This document shows positions 63,768 to 64,000 of a stretch of DNA of 64,000 bases, one piece after another. The stretch's first letter is position 1. Each line of letters begins with the position of its first letter. Position numbers and translations under genes: made by a program. Below the pieces are notes generated by a model. That model was not told where the DNA came from. It searched no databases and worked only from the letters and a program-made list of their open reading frames with translations. The stretch is from Nocardioides sp. (GTDB taxonomy: Bacteria > Actinomycetota > Actinomycetes > Propionibacteriales > Nocardioidaceae), in assembly GCF_964229035.1 (NCBI RefSeq), contig NZ_CAXRAZ010000021.1, forward strand, positions 6,812-70,811, read 5' to 3'.

Positions 63768-64000
63768 CTAGCCACGGCGCGCCGCCCCGACCGTGGCGTA
63801 CCAGTCGAGCAGGGCCGGGTCGTCGACGCTGCCGGGGTCGTAGGCGCCGCCGAGGTCCTGACCCGCCAGCACCTTCTTGACGGGCACCTCGAGCTTCTTG
63901 CCCGTGCGGGTGTGGGGGATCCCGGGCGCGGCGATCACCTCGTCGGGCACGTGGCGCGGGGAGGCGTGGGTGCGCACGGCCGAGCAGATCTGCTCGCGCA
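63768..64000 (-). CDS. acetoacetyl-CoA synthetase-like AMP-forming ligase, C-terminal fragment (5' end outside window)
   Basis: The frame is open to the window edge (…REQICSAVRTHASPRHVPDEVIAAPGIPHTRTGKKLEVPVKKVLAG). Confidence 0.7.
   Translation of the reverse strand, partial: REQICSAVRTHASPRHVPDEVIAAPGIPHTRTGKKLEVPVKKVLAGQDLGGAYDPGSVDDPALLDWYATVGAARRG

Overview
This is a 64-kb chromosomal window from a high-GC actinobacterium. An ordinary line hand-counts at about 73% GC (8041-8100). Gene order matches conserved mycobacterial-type neighbourhoods: tatC-helY, lnt-ppm1-fxsA-rbpA, and gcvP-merR-DUF151-merR-garA-gcvH-DUF881-sbp-DUF881-pgsA. The genus cannot be determined from the sequence alone. 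I call about 68 protein genes and one glycine riboswitch. I saw no rRNA, tRNA, CRISPR array, IS element or integrase. The many long Arg/Pro/Gly-rich ORFs in the six-frame track are off-frame or antisense shadows typical of high-GC DNA. Main blocks are as follows. (1) 4.1-15.3 kb holds a nitrogen module: a divergent MarR plus cytoplasmic AmiC-like binding protein, then a tightly coupled 11-gene minus-strand unit, urtABCDE-ureABCFGD. (2) 15.4-23 kb is housekeeping. (3) 23.2-24.8 kb encodes an unusual XRE-HTH::MurA-like fusion protein with an AT-rich palindrome at its start. (4) 26-33 kb covers amino-acid catabolism and uptake (sdaA, a DAACS symporter, Leu/Val dehydrogenase) plus a phoD-secreted HNH nuclease pair. 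(5) 32.8-36 kb has divergent nei and a short UvrA paralog. (6) 39.3-42.0 kb is a visibly lower-GC islet (53-63% in hand-counted lines). It carries mazEF, a 2-TM protein, an unknown and possibly frameshifted ORF, a CbrC-family gene and a Tdi1/DUF1851-like gene. (7) 42-51.5 kb holds secreted enzymes, pepN, rmuC and a collagen-repeat secreted protein. (8) 52.5-63.7 kb is the glycine-cleavage and cell-division conserved cluster. The best candidates for something undescribed are the HTH-MurA fusion with its operator, the low-GC islet of toxin-neutralising-type genes with no cognate toxin, the collagen-like protein, and UreG with a C-terminal His-rich tail in a ureE-less cluster. All family assignments come from motif and pattern recognition by eye. 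No database search was run.
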